Of a DNA stretch of 64,000 nucleotides, positions 1 through 13,978 are shown piece after piece. How positions within the stretch are numbered: the first letter of the stretch is position 1; each line of letters starts with the position of its first letter. A program made the translations under genes and the position numbers. This DNA is from Anthoceros angustus (taxonomy: Eukaryota; Plantae; Anthocerotophyta): assembly GCA_010909165.1 (NCBI GenBank), contig VJWM01000173.1, forward strand, positions 248,001 through 312,000, written 5' to 3'. The notes under the pieces were generated by a model that saw nothing but the letters and a program-made list of their open reading frames with translations, was not told the DNA's origin and made no database searches.

Positions 1-389
1 AACTCCAAACCTATTGGTGGCCCGCAATAAGGTACTGTCACAATTGATACCTTCTCTGAAAGTCCTAATCAGCAGATCTAATATCTGGAGGATCTCCTGG
101 AAAACTTCTGAGAAATTTGACGAGTTCTTCACTCAGCACTCCATGTGGTCATGTCACCCTTCCCTCCCAGATTTCTGTCAGTCTCCAATAACTGTCCAGC
201 TAGAAATAAGGGCAGCACTACCCTGTCAAAATGGCCTCAACGTAGAATGCACCAGCAAAGACAAGCTGGGCATTGCGGTACTAAGCTCTTACAGCTTGGT
301 GGCAGGCCCCTTCTCCAAAAGCACGACAATCAGGCTGCTCAGACTGACTGGAAAGAATTGAAACGTCTCCCTAACTTGAGTCAGTACTA

Positions 390-3300
390 TCACATATAGT
401 AGAGAGGTGGCCCACCACCTTGCGATGGTTGCATCACAGGTCCAGAAGGGGGCATGTGCATAAGTTGGTGGCTATAAGCAGCAGGCATTGAGTGACCTGG
501 AGGAGGCCCAAGATGGGGACTGTTAGGCAAAATGCCAGCATTCATGTGACCACCAAGCGGTGGCCCTCCCATGGAAGAAGGTGGCCCAGCACCAGGTGGA
601 GGATAATGAGGCCCATGCACTCCTCCCATCTGGTTCATCAGGTGACCAGGCGGACCACCTTGAGGGGCAGGTCCTCCAGTGTGCGGGGGCCCCATGTACA
701 TGGGATTCGGCATGGGTCCCACCAGCTGTGGACCAGGAACGATGTTAGATGTAGCTTGACCTTTCGAGGCATGATCATACTCCCAAGATGGCATCTGCTG
801 GTGGGCCACCCCACCATCACTCTGGGAGGATCGCACAGTCTCTCCAATGTACTGGCTCCCATTGCATGATGCAACTGTTGTTGAGTTTACTTGGACACTA
901 TCACCTGAGATCGGACTGGCTGATGCAGTTGGTGCTTGGCCAAGCACGGCAGGCTGGTTCACAGGAAGCCCCGGGTTGGTGTAATCCCGACTCCGTTCGT
1001 TGTTCACCTGAAGGTAAGCAACACAAACCGGATACCCACTAGGAAGTCAGAATTCTGAGCATGCCAAGTAGTCAGGATGTAGGTTCATAGGTTCGAGATA
1101 ACCTATCTGGCCGGCCAACCTGCCTATCCTACCATTCTAATTTACCAAAGAACAATACCTTTACATTGAGGTCAGTGTGTCGGGAGTACGAAAGATGAAG
1201 CTTGCAGAAGCCCCCGTCGTATATGCAGTGACCCTCGAGAGCATCTTTTGCTGCTACTGCAGTAGGTACATCTGGAAAGAGTACCCGAAGTCCATGAAGC
1301 ACAAAAGACTAGAAGCCAGCTCCACAAACTGGCTCATTGCAGCACTGCTGCTGTCGCATTCCTCACGACAGCCGATTTCTCTAACCCCTGGATATGTCAA
1401 CAGTACATTCTCAAACTAAGCACAATATATGCAACATACCTGGATACTGGACCAAGGCTTGAAAACCTGCACTCTTTTCAAATATCGCAATCTTTTGAAC
1501 AGTTCCGAATGCAGAAAACACCTGTCATCCATGACCACAACCTAAGGAACTACAGAAACAGAACAAATAACTGTCAAGTCACAGCAGTACACAGCATGTA
1601 CCGTATGCAGGACATCAATGGTAACGGCATATTGCATATTCTCGATAGACACGAGAAGGACATTGCTTTCTGGTTCTCTACGCTTGCCATCCGGGCCAAT
1701 GCCGAATTGCTGGACAACCAGGGATAGTGTCAGAAAGTGTTTTTCAAAGGACATTTGCCAGCAGAAAAGAATTTGGAAGCAAGGACAAACAGACCTGGCC
1801 ACTACCATCAATAGCTGAAGGTGCCACAGGAAGATACGGGTTAGTGTAATCCCTGGAGGACAGAAACAAGCAGGTTGAGCTCTCAGTTGATAAGTTACGA
1901 CAGCCGCAACCAAAATGCTCGGAGGCTACTGCTGCAAGCAAGAGCACCCTGTAATTCAGCATGTACCTGCTTCTATGACTCTGGAACTTCACATTCAGAT
2001 CATTGTGTGCCGAAAATGAAATGCGAAGATGACAAGGTCCCACATGGTCTGGAAGAAGATACCTGGCGTACAAGCAGAATTTCAACCATAAGCCTTTCAA
2101 TGACAGCATGCTAGTGATACAAGGGTAAATGGCTGGTCTCCACCATGCGCCATTGATGCCACAACATTGATGTTACCTTGGAATACTCCTTCCCTCAAGG
2201 GCTGATTTTGCAGATGATGCTGTGTTGGCATCGCTAAATTGCACAAGGGCCTGAGGTACAGTCACAACTTTTACCTATAAAACAGACTTATGATATACAT
2301 GTCCCTGAGCTTCGAAGAAAAGTGGAATAAAGGAAACAATAGAGCAAAAATTTAAAATGAGGAAAGCCTCAGAATTAGTCAATTGATAACACAAACACAC
2401 TTGGAGCTCACCTGAAAACCAGCACTCTTCTCAAACGTTGCTATCTTATGCACGAAACCAAATGCTGAAAACACCTGCGCAACACCACGATAGGCAAGTT
2501 TTTACTCCGCCTCAAGCGCAATGTAATAACAATCTTGTTGATGACTATCCAAGCCAGTGCACACAAGCACGAAGCACTTATGGAGGCAGCACCTACAAAG
2601 CCAGTTTTGCATGCAATGCCCTCAATCCTTTAGCATACATACACACAGCAAAGACTCTATCCACAACCCTGAAATTGATTTACTTCCTGAATACCAAAGA
2701 ACACAGCTACACAGCAACGATACTTCAAACAAAGACAGCCAGTACCTAACCTGTCACAAATAAATAGCTGAACACAAGATAGACATTGCGACAGAGATCC
2801 ACTGTAACAAGACCTAAATCTACGAGAAGCGTAATTGGCTGCTCTCTCATGAAACTCTTAAAGCACAGGCCTCTGAGACGAAAAACAAGCATCACAGCTA
2901 GAGGCATCCTGTTGAAAGGATCAGTAAACTGAGGCCTCTGGTGGAACCACAGTGCTCAAGCCTCAAAACCTATAAGAAGTTGCACAACGTCAGCCTTTTA
3001 ACAGAGCGGCATGAAAGCTACAAGGGTTCGTGGGTAAAAGATGAAAGATCACTGAGATGAGTCCACATCAATCTCAAGTCATCAGGTGGTAGGGTTAGGA
3101 GGAGGAGGGTCAGAGGCAAGGTTAGGCAAGGGGAGGAAAACAAACACACATTCGCTTTCTCCCATGCAGCAGGCTGCCATCGAGGATGTGGCCGTCACAT
3201 GGACCTGCTGATCCATGTAGCTTTAAGTCAAACACAAACCATGCGTCAAGCAAAACCCCTTGAAGTAACTGAAATTCAGAAAAGAAACCACGTAAAGAGC

Positions 3301-4183
3301 CTTAATGACTGATCCATCTTCATTGCTCTACAGCTAACGACAATGAGGAACATGCATGGAGTTGTGATCCAGTGTCACACCTGGAAACCGAATTAATCCT
3401 GAACCCACTTTTCGACTGCCATCACCGGAATTTTTCTGACTAACTGAAATAGGAGGCTTTGACTTACCAGATGCAAAACATCAATGCTAACATCGCCAGC
3501 CTCAACACCCTCAATAGTCACCAGGAGAACATTGCTGGCAACATCTCCGGAGTTTTTGCTAGTGACGATCTCCTGCCTGTTTGAATACTGCAAATATACA
3601 GTTTTCCCTCGAACTTGGGCTGGTTCTGAAGAAGAGGCGTAGTACGATACCATGGCAATTGCTTGGTTGAGATCCGCCTGCAAAAAACGCACTTCTTAGT
3701 AGCCTGCGCCTGTTTCGTAGAGGCCCGACGAAGTTTGCAACTGTGTCAGAAACTTGCCACGCAGACATACTACATGCACAGCCACCGCTGCGACACAACA
3801 GCTGCAAGCTTTGACAAAATGTTGCGGCCGACACAAAAAACAGAAAAGAACGTTCCAGAACGGAGGAAGAGCTGAGCTGCCTCACCCAGCGGTGGAGAGC
3901 GTCAGTTGGAGGAGACAAAGAGGGCATCACACCTTCGCATCGCAAACCATCATCAAGCATGCCAAGAAACCGACACGGAGAGACAAACAATACTTACGAA
4001 CTCCACGAAAGCTTGGTTATGGTTGGCTCCGACATTGACTTTGGTGTTGACAACCTTGCCAAAAGGCTTGCACAGCTCTATTAACTCCTCCTCGCTGCAC
4101 TCCCACGGTAAATTCCGCACATGAAGAACCTTGGACGGCGGCTGGGTGTAGCGGAACTGCGGCTGCCCCAATGCGGACGACAT
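390..4183 (-). CDS. PTB: Polypyrimidine tract-binding protein, plant PTB1/PTB2 type (3 RRMs + Pro/Gly/His-rich tail), ~535 aa, 10 coding exons
   Basis: Exons 4183-3998, 3677-3468, 2474-2412, 2250-2177, 2062-1967, 1852-1795, 1709-1602, 1521-1440, 1271-1159, 1007-390, all GT-AG, summing to 1608 nt in frame. Diagnostic peptides: QFRYTQPPSKVLHVRNLPWEC, VFSAFGFVHKIATFEKSAGFQ, RSRDYTNP, LEGHCIYDGGFCKLHLSYSRHTDLNVK. Probable 5'UTR intron ~4420-4281. Confidence 0.95.
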
Positions 4184-5382
4184 GCTGCCAGTGACAAGTC
4201 CACTGCTCTATGATGCTCAGCCACCGCGTCTCCAGCAGGCGCTCGTCGGAATCCGCAGGTTACTCCTTCCCCCTAAGAACTGCAAATTTATGAAGTCAGA
4301 TTAGAGACTAGACGTCTACAAGAGTGGCCCAACCAACCAAGGTCTAAGGCTGAAAGCTCCACCTCGGTGCTCTCCGGCCGCTACTCTGACCTCAGCTCTG
4401 TCACTTTCCAGATCCCTCACCTTCCTGATCCTTGCTCCGAGCAGCAGAGAGCTGTGTGGGTTGGTCGCTGAAAGGGTATTCTTTGGGGTCTCCTTTGGGT
4501 TACCTAAACTCTCGCGGGGAGTAGCTCTTAACCAAACCATATCATGAATTATATTTCACTTAACATGCTTATGATGTTAGGTTTAAGTTTTTCTCTCTCT
4601 CTCTTTCTACTCCATAGGCTTGCTTGTTGTTCTTCTCCTTTCAAAAAGTAATGGAGCTAAGCAGATACAGCAGTTGTGGAAACTAGAGTTTCCACAAAAA
4701 TCAAAATCACGAAGCTATCGATGCCACACACCCATGAAGTTCTACTTAGAGGCAAAAAGAACCTGGTCAATGAACCTATAGACCTAGTTAGGGGCAAACA
4801 TCTCTACAAGAGCCTAAGGCTCGCGAACAGGAAAAATGTGATACAAATATGCCATTTGTGCCCGGCAATGCGGCCCAACAAAGATGCAAGAAGAAGGCAA
4901 GATGGTGTAGGCACAAAGTATGGCCGTCTCTTTACTAGACAAACATCGACACTCTAACAGTTTTCTTCACACGTGCAAGAAATATAACTATTATTTCCAA
5001 AGTCCTTGGCCTTTGGAAATAATATTTATTTCCTTGGCCTTTGACCTAGCCGTTCCCTATCTTGCTTTTATAATTTTTAGGGTTTTGTCTATAAATTGCC
5101 TACCTATCTATGCCAGTAATTCTCACATGCAGCATATACATGCACATGGATCATACATGGCACATGTCATCTACAGATCAGCCATACCATCCAGACACGC
5201 ATACACATACATGCATACATCCACATGCCTCAGAAGGGCATTATATCCGGTCATGACACCTGGCTTATGCCATATGTTGCACTATCTCTCCCTCTCTTCT
5301 CTTGTGTTTCCACTTTACTTGTGTCCAAGTCATCAGTTTTCCAGTGTGTACAATATATGGCATGACAGTAACGTACAATACT

Positions 5383-5534
5383 TCTATACCTTAATAGCAA
5401 TCTTTGTTCTTGCTCCACAATTCTCTATTCCTTAATAGCAATCTTTGTTCTTGCTCCACAATTCTCTATACCTTAATAGCAATCTTTGTTCTTGCTCCAC
5501 AATTCTCTATACCTTGTAGCAATCTTTGTTCTTG
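5383..5534. repeat. Tandem repeat, 41-bp unit, ~3.5 copies
   Basis: Unit TAATAGCAATCTTTGTTCTTGCTCCACAATTCTCTATACCT repeated almost perfectly. Confidence 0.9.
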
Positions 5535-6522
5535 AAGCAAGTTTGAATCTTCCTATTATGTATTCTGCTTGACTTCATATCCGTGGTAGGTTGAAAGGTT
5601 TGTAATTATTTGTGTGTGCAATTCTTTCAATTGAATCTCCCCATCTTCTTGAAATACATCATAGAAAGGGAGGCAATTAGCCTCCCCATCTTCTTGAAAT
5701 ACATCATAGAAAGGGGTTACTCAGGCAATTAGCATTTCAGGAAATTCCTGCGAGGAGCCTCCTAGTGAAAAATGATTGTTTACAACAATCCCATCTATTG
5801 GCTAGATCCCCGTTGTCCTATTAAAGCCAACGACAATATTGTGTCCTATGTATGAGGTCCATACGACTATGAGGTCCATACGACAATTGATACCAAGGAT
5901 GCAACAACTTCATTGATCACCAAGTACATATTGTCACCTGCTTCAACTAAATTGAATTGAAAGATGGTCTCGCGCTTTATGGTCTCACATGTGGAAACCG
6001 GCACGCCTGTTAGCGAGGACCAAGTTGGGCTTTTTAGACGACCATGTCTTTTTTATATTATTATTTTTATTAATTACATGGTATTATAAACCAATCACCC
6101 CTGTAGATGAATAGTAATATAAGCCAATCATCCAAAGCGTTGGACTTCCCTAAATCCACCTTACCCACTAAGCTGCATTCGCTTGCGGTCTAGCATAACA
6201 ACTAACCTAAGAAGAGGGGGGAGAGGGGAGCGGGGGGGTGGTTTAGACTTCCTTGTCATCTAATGCCTTGGTGAGAGTGGCTTTCACTTGCTTGAACTTT
6301 CTTCTGTCAATTTCTTCCAGTTGTAATGGGTACATCGGAGTCATGTAGTTTCATAACCTGCATTAAGGATTCTTATGTTAATTTCTAGAGTTGTGCTGCA
6401 TGAACACTACGACCTGTTTATTGCCAGGGCTCTCTCTTTATGCACTCCTTGTTGTGTTGTCATAAGCCAAACCTCATTCGGATGGGTGGTCATGACAAGG
6501 AAAAGCCAAACCTCGTTCGGAT

Positions 6523-6605
6523 GGGAGTTAGTCCCCCTTGGCCTGGTGCCCTTTGTTGGGTTGACCCCTTTTTTTCCGGTGTAGATAGTGTTTTTTTCAT
6601 CTCTT
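6523..6605 (+). mobile_element. Solo 3'-end fragment of the CRE-like non-LTR retrotransposon family
   Basis: GGGAGTTAGTCCCCCTTGGCC...TTGGGTTGACCCC...GGTGTAGATAG...CATCTC aligns by eye with the 3' UTRs at 13979-14080(-), 48378-48460(+) and 62697-62793(+). Confidence 0.55.
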
Positions 6606-7265
6606 GTCTTTGGACATAGAGTCTCTCCCTTACCAAAATTTAACATGGGTATGTGCTTCTCCCTGGGCGGCAGAGAAGTACACCAACTCCAGATTTTTTG
6701 AGTGAGTATTCTTGTATCAAATGTCTCAAAATTTCGTGAAAATAGAGCGAGAGATATACTAGAGAATAAAAACCGGAAGGAGCCGGTACCAACAGCCTCT
6801 TAGAGGCACGTGACAAGCCAAGGACAAAAAGGAGCAGCTAGCACGAGCCACAAGGCCTGATGAGTCCAAGTCTCAAATCGATGGCATCAATGGGATTGAT
6901 CAGCACTAGGGAACATTGCAACAAAACACTTTTATTTTTAATTTTGTGGAGTGCGAACAAAATAGTATGTTGTGAAGAAATATAGGTACACTCGGAAGTC
7001 TCAAAACTAGTTCCGCACCAATTCTAAGGTTATGTAGCCGAATTCAAGGTCAGCTGAACAAGCGCCCATCGGAAGCCTGAACGGTACCTATTTCTGGGCA
7101 ATCTACTATCTTGGACTGGAAGGATTGGAATCAGGGAAACTGGTTTTGGCTATCCTGTATTTGGGTTGGTCGTTGAAGTAACTCCTGCCTTTGGTTATGC
7201 ATTTCGCTTTGGATTGTGTGCGATATCATGTTTCCTGTTTGGGTTTCAGGGGCTGGCTAACGTTT

Positions 7266-10200
7266 CTAGACAACAGGCTTTAGCTTGCTAAGGTACCGGT
7301 ATGCCATGACCCTGTAGAACACCACCATTAGCAGAAGAACCCAAGCTTGTAAGAACCCACCGGTGAGGCCAATGTGATGGAAAGGAGATGCTTCTTGCAG
7401 GCTACACTCGGCGACCGGTGAGCAATGGTATGTTTGTTGAGCCGAGTACTGAACTTTCACCAGTAAGCGAAAGCTGTAGAAGATGAAAGAGAGGTACTTC
7501 AACCATGCAATGAATTTTGGGATGTGCTGGACACATACAACGACCAGTCTGTTAGTCCAGTATTCCTACAGAAACTCCTCTCGATATGCCAGGAGCATGT
7601 GTCTTTTCATTAGGGGAAGAAGAGAGATGATCTGAAGCTGTACCTGTACGTAGTACCCTCCGGTGAGCATCATCACAAGTAAGGTGAGGGAGGCCACAAT
7701 CGATGAGTTCTTCATGTCCATGACAGATGCGCCAATGAACTCTCCAATACCCTGACAAGCAGCACATCATCAGCAAGTGGCGGGAAGGACGGCAATAGTA
7801 ATTAATGGAGTCACGTGTGTGCAGTCTGTGGTATTGCACATGGGCTGTTCTAACCTGGCCAGTAGCATTGACAAGGTAGATGGTGAGAATGGTTAGAAAG
7901 AAGGCGCCGGGTGTGCTGTGAAGTCCCACCATGAAGTATACAACGCAAATGAAAATTGTTGGGTACACCAACTGAGAAAAGAAGTCACATAGAGTGCTGC
8001 TCACGTAGTAAGCACTGAGCCTGTACATGTCAGCTGCCCTCTCCTTCACAAGGTAAGCTCGCTCTAGTGGAAACGTAGAAACTGTGATGAATATTGCAAA
8101 GGATGACCAGTAAATGACCATATAGAACATGAGCCCCACCTGCATCGGTCCGTAGGATCGTGAGTTAGCACGCTCAGAAGGCAAGCATCAGGTAAGCATT
8201 CGGCACGTTCTCAAGCATACCTCATCCTGGATGTGCTCTGGTGTGTCCAGTTTAGATTTCCACCACAGGAGACCTAAGAGGACTGCAGTTCCCAGAGTCT
8301 GAGTTAGGCGTAGAAACGTGAAGTAGTCTGTATATCTCTCCTTGAAGGTGCGGTTTCCAAGGATGAGAAACTGCTCCCACCATGATGACGTCCACTGTCT
8401 CTTTTCGCAAATTCCAGCCGTTTGATCTTCAGAGATTTGTGGGAGACTTTGCAATTTGGCCTTCTCCCTTGGCTCAAGCTCTGTTATGTACATGGTCCTT
8501 AGGTACTGGGCATAGCATCGCATTGTTCAGAAAAAACTGTGTGTCAGGTTCATCTGGAGTCTGTGACGCAAGGCTATGTAGGTAGTTGCTGATGATACCT
8601 TCAGAATCTTGGGCTGCATAGCTTCGTCCACTTGCTTATCTCTGGTTTGATTTTTTCCTTCCAGTTTCCCGTTGAATAGCTCACTGCCCGGCTGAAGTGC
8701 AGCCTGCTCACCATCCTTCACCACTGTGGTCTTGGTACATAGTTCTTCCGGGACTGAGATGTCGTGCCTTATGCCGGTTGCCAGATCCAATAGAAAATCT
8801 GCTGGATTCATGGCAAGCTCCGGTACAAACCCCACAGAAGCAAAATACTGCGTGGCCTCGTTTGCTTCCCCGGAATAGAGAGTGTGCCCTTCTGAGAGAA
8901 GAATGAGCTTATCGAACATGTGGAACATCCTGCTGGACGGCTGATGGATGGTGGTCACTATGCTCCTACCGGCCTGCAGGTGGAGAGTGTTATGCCTGCA
9001 CAGAGTGATGGTGATTCTTTTCAAAGCACGGTCTGACGTACCTGTGCAGTTTTCTGGAGCACTTGGAGGATTCTGAGTGCAGTGGTGGAATCCAAGCCTG
9101 AAGTAGGCTCGTCCAGGAACAACAAGGACGGGTCCACCAATATCTCGAAGCCAATGCTTGTGCGCTTCCTCTCACCTCCTGACACTCCACGTTTCCATGG
9201 GCCACCCACTATTGTGTTCTGGCACCTGGTTCCAGCAAGAGTTCAGTAGTGCTTAGGCATGAAACGGCAGCCCCTTAACTATCCACTGCCCAGTAGTTAC
9301 ATACCTCTCAAGTCCGAGTTCCTCACAACAGTCTCAGCTCGCTGAATTTTTTGCTTTTAGACATGCTGGCTGGCAATCTTAGCAGTGCTGCGAACACGAG
9401 TGTTTCCTTGACTGTCAAGTGTGGAAATAGAACATCATCTTGTGTCACAAATCCAATCCTGCAAGATGAATGTTCATTTTCAAAAATTCAGAAGCCACGT
9501 CTTGGAATTCGAGTACCAGCTTTCCAACACACCGTCTGCACGCGCAAAGGAAAACCAAAGTATTGTTGTGTTGAACCTTCTCTTGAGAGCTGTAGAGTAT
9601 GGCACGTTATTATATGTCACACTGCCAGTAACAGCATTGGTGGTCAAGCGGCCACCCAGGATGTTGAGCATGGTGGTCTTGCCACTGCCCGACGGGCCCA
9701 TCATAGCAAGAATTTCTCCAGGTGCTACGGAACCAGTGATGCTGTTCAGAAAAACTGTGTGTCAGGTTCATCTGGAGTCTGTGACGCAAGGCTATGTAGG
9801 TAGTTGCTGATGATACCTTCAGAATCTTGGGCTGCATAGCTTCGTCCACTTGCTTATCTCTGGTTTGATTTTTTCCTTCCAGTTTCCCGTTGAATAGCTC
9901 ACTGCCCGGCTGAAGTGCAGCCTGCTCACCATCCTTCACCACTGTGGTCTTGGTACATAGTTCTTCCGGGACTGAGATGTCGTGCCTTATGCCGGTTGCC
10001 AGATCCAATAGAAAATCTGCTGGATTCATGGCAAGCTCCGGTACAAACCCCACAGAAGCAAAATACTGCGTGGCCTCGTTTGCTTCCCCGGAATAGAGAG
10101 TGTGCCCTTCTGAGAGAAGAATGAGCTTATCGAACATGTGGAACATCCTGCTGGACGGCTGATGGATGGTGGTCACTATGCTCCTACCGGCCTGCAGGTG

Positions 10201-11615
10201 GAGAGTGTTATGCCTGCACAGAGTGATGGTGATTCTTTTCAAAGCACGGTCTGACGTACCTGTGCAGTTTTCTGGAGCACTTGGAGGATTCTGAGTGCAG
10301 TGGTGGAATCCAAGCCTGAAGTAGGCTCGTCCAGGAACAACAAGGACGGGTCCACCAATATCTCGAAGCCAATGCTTGTGCGCTTCCTCTCACCTCCTGA
10401 CACTCCACGTTTCCATGGGCCACCCACTATTGTGTTCTGGCACCTGGTTCCAGCAAGAGTTCAGTAGTGCTTAGGCATGAAACGGCAGCCCCTTAACTAT
10501 CCACTGCCCAGTAGTTACATACCTCTCAAGTCCGAGTTCCCTCACAACAGTCTCAGCTCGCTGAATTTTTTGCTTTTTAGACATGCTGGCTGGCAATCTT
10601 AGCAGTGCTGCGAACACGAGTGTTTCCTTGACTGTCAAGTGTGGAAATAGAACATCATCTTGTGTCACAAATCCAATCCTGCAAGATGAATGTTCATTTT
10701 CAAAAATTCAGAAGCCACGTCTTGGAATTCGGAGTACCAGCTTTCCAACACACCGTCTGCACGCGCAAAGGAAAAACCAAAGTATTGTTGTGTTGAACCT
10801 TCTCTTGAGAGCTGTAGAGTATGGCACGTTATTATATGTCACACTGCCAGTAACAGCATTGGTGGTCAAGCGGCCACCCAGGATGTTGAGCATGGTGGTC
10901 TTGCCACTGCCCGACGGGCCCATCATAGCAAGAATTTCTCCAGGTGCTACGGAACCAGTGATGCCGTTCAGAATCTGTTTCCTGGCCGGACTGCTCCCCA
11001 CTTTGGACATCGCTTTCCTGGAATTCCATGATCTTGGACCAGGCGGACTCTCCAGTTGCACACTGTACTCTACGTTCTCGAACTGCAATGAAGCGAGAAG
11101 CTGTCAGGAGAGCCGGGATCTACAGAACTTACACGACCACCTCCAATGCGAATGATCAATATTTTGTGACATCTGGAACCTTGATGAAAACCGGTAGAGG
11201 TGGATTACTGGGGGGATCCATCTCTTCCCCTGCCTGACTGTCCAAAGGCTCGATAGAGATGGCCACATCTTGTCCTCTCCCGCCATGAGCCATGTCTGGC
11301 TCCAGCTTCTCTTGGACTGCAACAAATTTAAAGGCTCTGCTGAAACGTAAACAGCACCAGAATGGGGAAGTAATCACCAATTGAGAAAGAGGTCTCGTCA
11401 CCTGATCTGCTATGGGAGAACGAAGTTGCTGACTCCGGCACCTGAGCAGAGTATGACAGGGCAAAGGCAGAACGCATGCCTGCCTCCTCCTCGACCATCC
11501 TTTCCTCCAATGTATCAGCGCCGTTATCTAGGAAGAGAGGATTCGGAACATTCCTTAAACTCCCAATTACTGCCTGTCCTCTGGTATCTTGCCGATGATT
11601 CTTGCTTGTTGCCAT
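7266..11615 (-). CDS. ABCG26: ABCG half-size transporter, ABCG26/WBC27-like (sporopollenin precursor exporter clade), ~762 aa if the duplicated block is skipped
   Basis: Walker [10 protein letters not shown], signature VSGGERKR, Walker [28 protein letters not shown]; TMD HIQDEVGLMFY...[30 protein letters not shown] and C-terminal [20 protein letters not shown] resemble Arabidopsis ABCG26 as I recall it. Exons 11615-11402, 11316-11180, 11082-10799, 10678-10523, 10443-10260, 10191-9817, 8505-8221, 8139-7855, 7751-7644, 7526-7266 (2289 nt, in frame). Start could be the upstream ATG at 11732. Confidence 0.88.
8525..10965. repeat. Near-perfect 1.22-kb tandem duplication inside the ABCG gene (copy A 8525-9743, copy B 9744-10965)
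   Basis: Identical ORF translations at 8527-9024/9610-10242 and 9021-9209/10239-10427. Junction microhomology GTTCAGAA at 8525, 9744 and 10966. The only differences seen are single-base run-length changes. Confidence 0.95.
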
Positions 11616-13978
11616 GACAAACCTGTAAAGATTAATACGGGTGGCTTCTTTGTTCGTCTGGTGACGGTGGGCGGTCGACGCATGCAAAGACTGATGCACC
11701 GGTGGGAAAAGATTATGTCGAGCCGCATCCAACCCGATTTACGCCAAGCTTGGAGTCAGTCCGCGAGCTGCAACCTGCATCGACTGAGTTGAAGGAGGCA
11801 GCATTCAGATTCTTGGCTGATGCCTGTAGCTGTGTGTGCGTGATCTTCATACATTCCTGCGTGGATTGTGCATGTTAGAATTCCAGGGTTGGGACATGCA
11901 GACCAAGATCACAGCAATAAGGTGCATCAGATCTGTAACGTAAACACAGATCAACGCAGGTGAGACCTTAAGATATGATACAAATTTTCCTCCGTCTCAA
12001 GGGCCCTCACGTAGGGAAGACACCTACCCAAATTTCAAGGAATCTATGATACTGTAATGGTACCAAGTTCCTACACCACAGAAGCTTGTTTAGGACTAGT
12101 TTCTAGACTATTGATCCCGACATAGTACTTACTTCCACCATTGTCATTGCAGAGGAGGGAATCTCGGAGGTAGGGTGGCTTGATGGTATTTACTCCGTAC
12201 TAGATCCGAGAGGGACATGGTTCCATCGATGTTGTGGAGAAGCGCAATTACGAGGATGCATCATGTTCATGCCCAGTGGCCCAGTGCAGAGCGGGGACGA
12301 GGGAAGAATAGGTCGAGAGCTGGAGTTAAAGCGAGGATGAAGGATGTCCAACTCCAGCTCACGTCTCCGAGCTGTACAGGCCACATTTCATGCAGCTGTT
12401 GTAGGTAGCAGGCCTCAAGAAGCCGGTGTAGAGCACAAGGGGCATGATCATTGGCGCCGTATCGAACGTGCTGGATAGAGTGTCGTTGTTGTAACTCGTG
12501 ATGGGAGGGGGGGCAGTTGGATGTCACCGTAGCCAAGGAAGTGGTGTATTGTGAGCTCTGACTAGTATATCATCGCACACCTACGCATGCTCACTCACCT
12601 CATTGCAAGTTTGTGCTCCAGGACCTCGCATTCGTGCTCAGTGTTGCTATCCTTGACGGCGGCAGCGTCAATTCCAGCACCTGATTCTGCGCGTCAGTGT
12701 GGAGGGATTCGGGAATTTGCGCGACAGATGCGCACCAGGAATGTGATCAAGCTTCTTTGATTCTCATCGCTCTGTAGCCACCAGACGCGTGGTTTACCCA
12801 CCGGTCTCGTTTCGGCGGGATTTGACGGGCATGGACATGGATGGAGACTTGCTCCACTATCTATTCACCTATCGTTTATCATACAGAAACCAATAAAGCG
12901 CTGCAAGTTCTTTCTACCTAGAACCGGTCTATTTCAATCTTTGGTTGTTTCCACGGAGCCTGGCTTGTGTATGACCATTGCAGTCTATCTTGTTTTGTTG
13001 GATCTCCCTACTACTACTACTAAGCTAAAATATTTATTTTTATTTAAATTATTATTATTAATCATATATAAAATAATATATACAGCAATGTCCCTTACTA
13101 CGCATCTAGTAAAGAATCGACAAAGTGCAGATCCTAGCTGTCTAAGACCACGCCAACTCACTCCTGGCGAAAAGAATGCACAATCTCACAACGCTCTCAA
13201 CCTTATGATGGAGCACTAGACTCCTACTACGATGGAGCACTAGACTCCTAATACTAACGACTCATAGTCCTTATTTTTTTTATAGATTAATTATAAATAA
13301 TATAATCTAATAATGTAATTTATCCTACCATTTCCAAGTGTGAGATCGAGGTCAAGGTTTTCACAAAAAAAAAGGAAAGGAAGGTTTTCACAAGGCTGAA
13401 GTGTGGTTCAAGGTTTGGGTTTTCACAAGGCTGAAGTGTGAGTCAGAGTTTTCACAAAAAACACACTTGCAACTTCACATCATCAACATTTTAAAACTTG
13501 GAAGGTTGAGCTTGAAAGTTTTGATACTAATAATAGGAAGCCCATTATGTATTGCAATTGAATCACTATGCTTCAATTTTAGAAGCTATGCTTAACCATG
13601 GAATACATTTTCAAGAAGGAATGCTATTTACTAGAATAAGGTATTGAAAGTCTATTCTCTCTTGAAAGTTTCTAGTCTTTCAAATATGATGAAGAAGTGC
13701 TGAATATATCCCTTACTACAAGAGGAAGAGGAGAATTTAGGAAGTGTATGTTGTACAGTTTTACCTCCGGTTGAGGAGCATTAACATCCTGACCTAGCTT
13801 TCGAGCAACATTAGGGACTTAGACGCAATAGGTTAAACCATGTGATTGGCCCATGAATGGGAAAGCAACAAGAATGAGTGATATGAAAACTTGGGCAAAC
13901 ATAAGTAACATACCACACATAAGTTGCATGTATAACGCATGCACTGCAACATCAGCTACATAAGAAGTAATGTAGATC

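Noticed and set aside
12190-12536. Short ORFs upstream of ABCG26, one ending HVPLGSSTE (vaguely CLE-like)
   Set aside because: No signal peptide and no proper CLE consensus; not recognisable in any frame.
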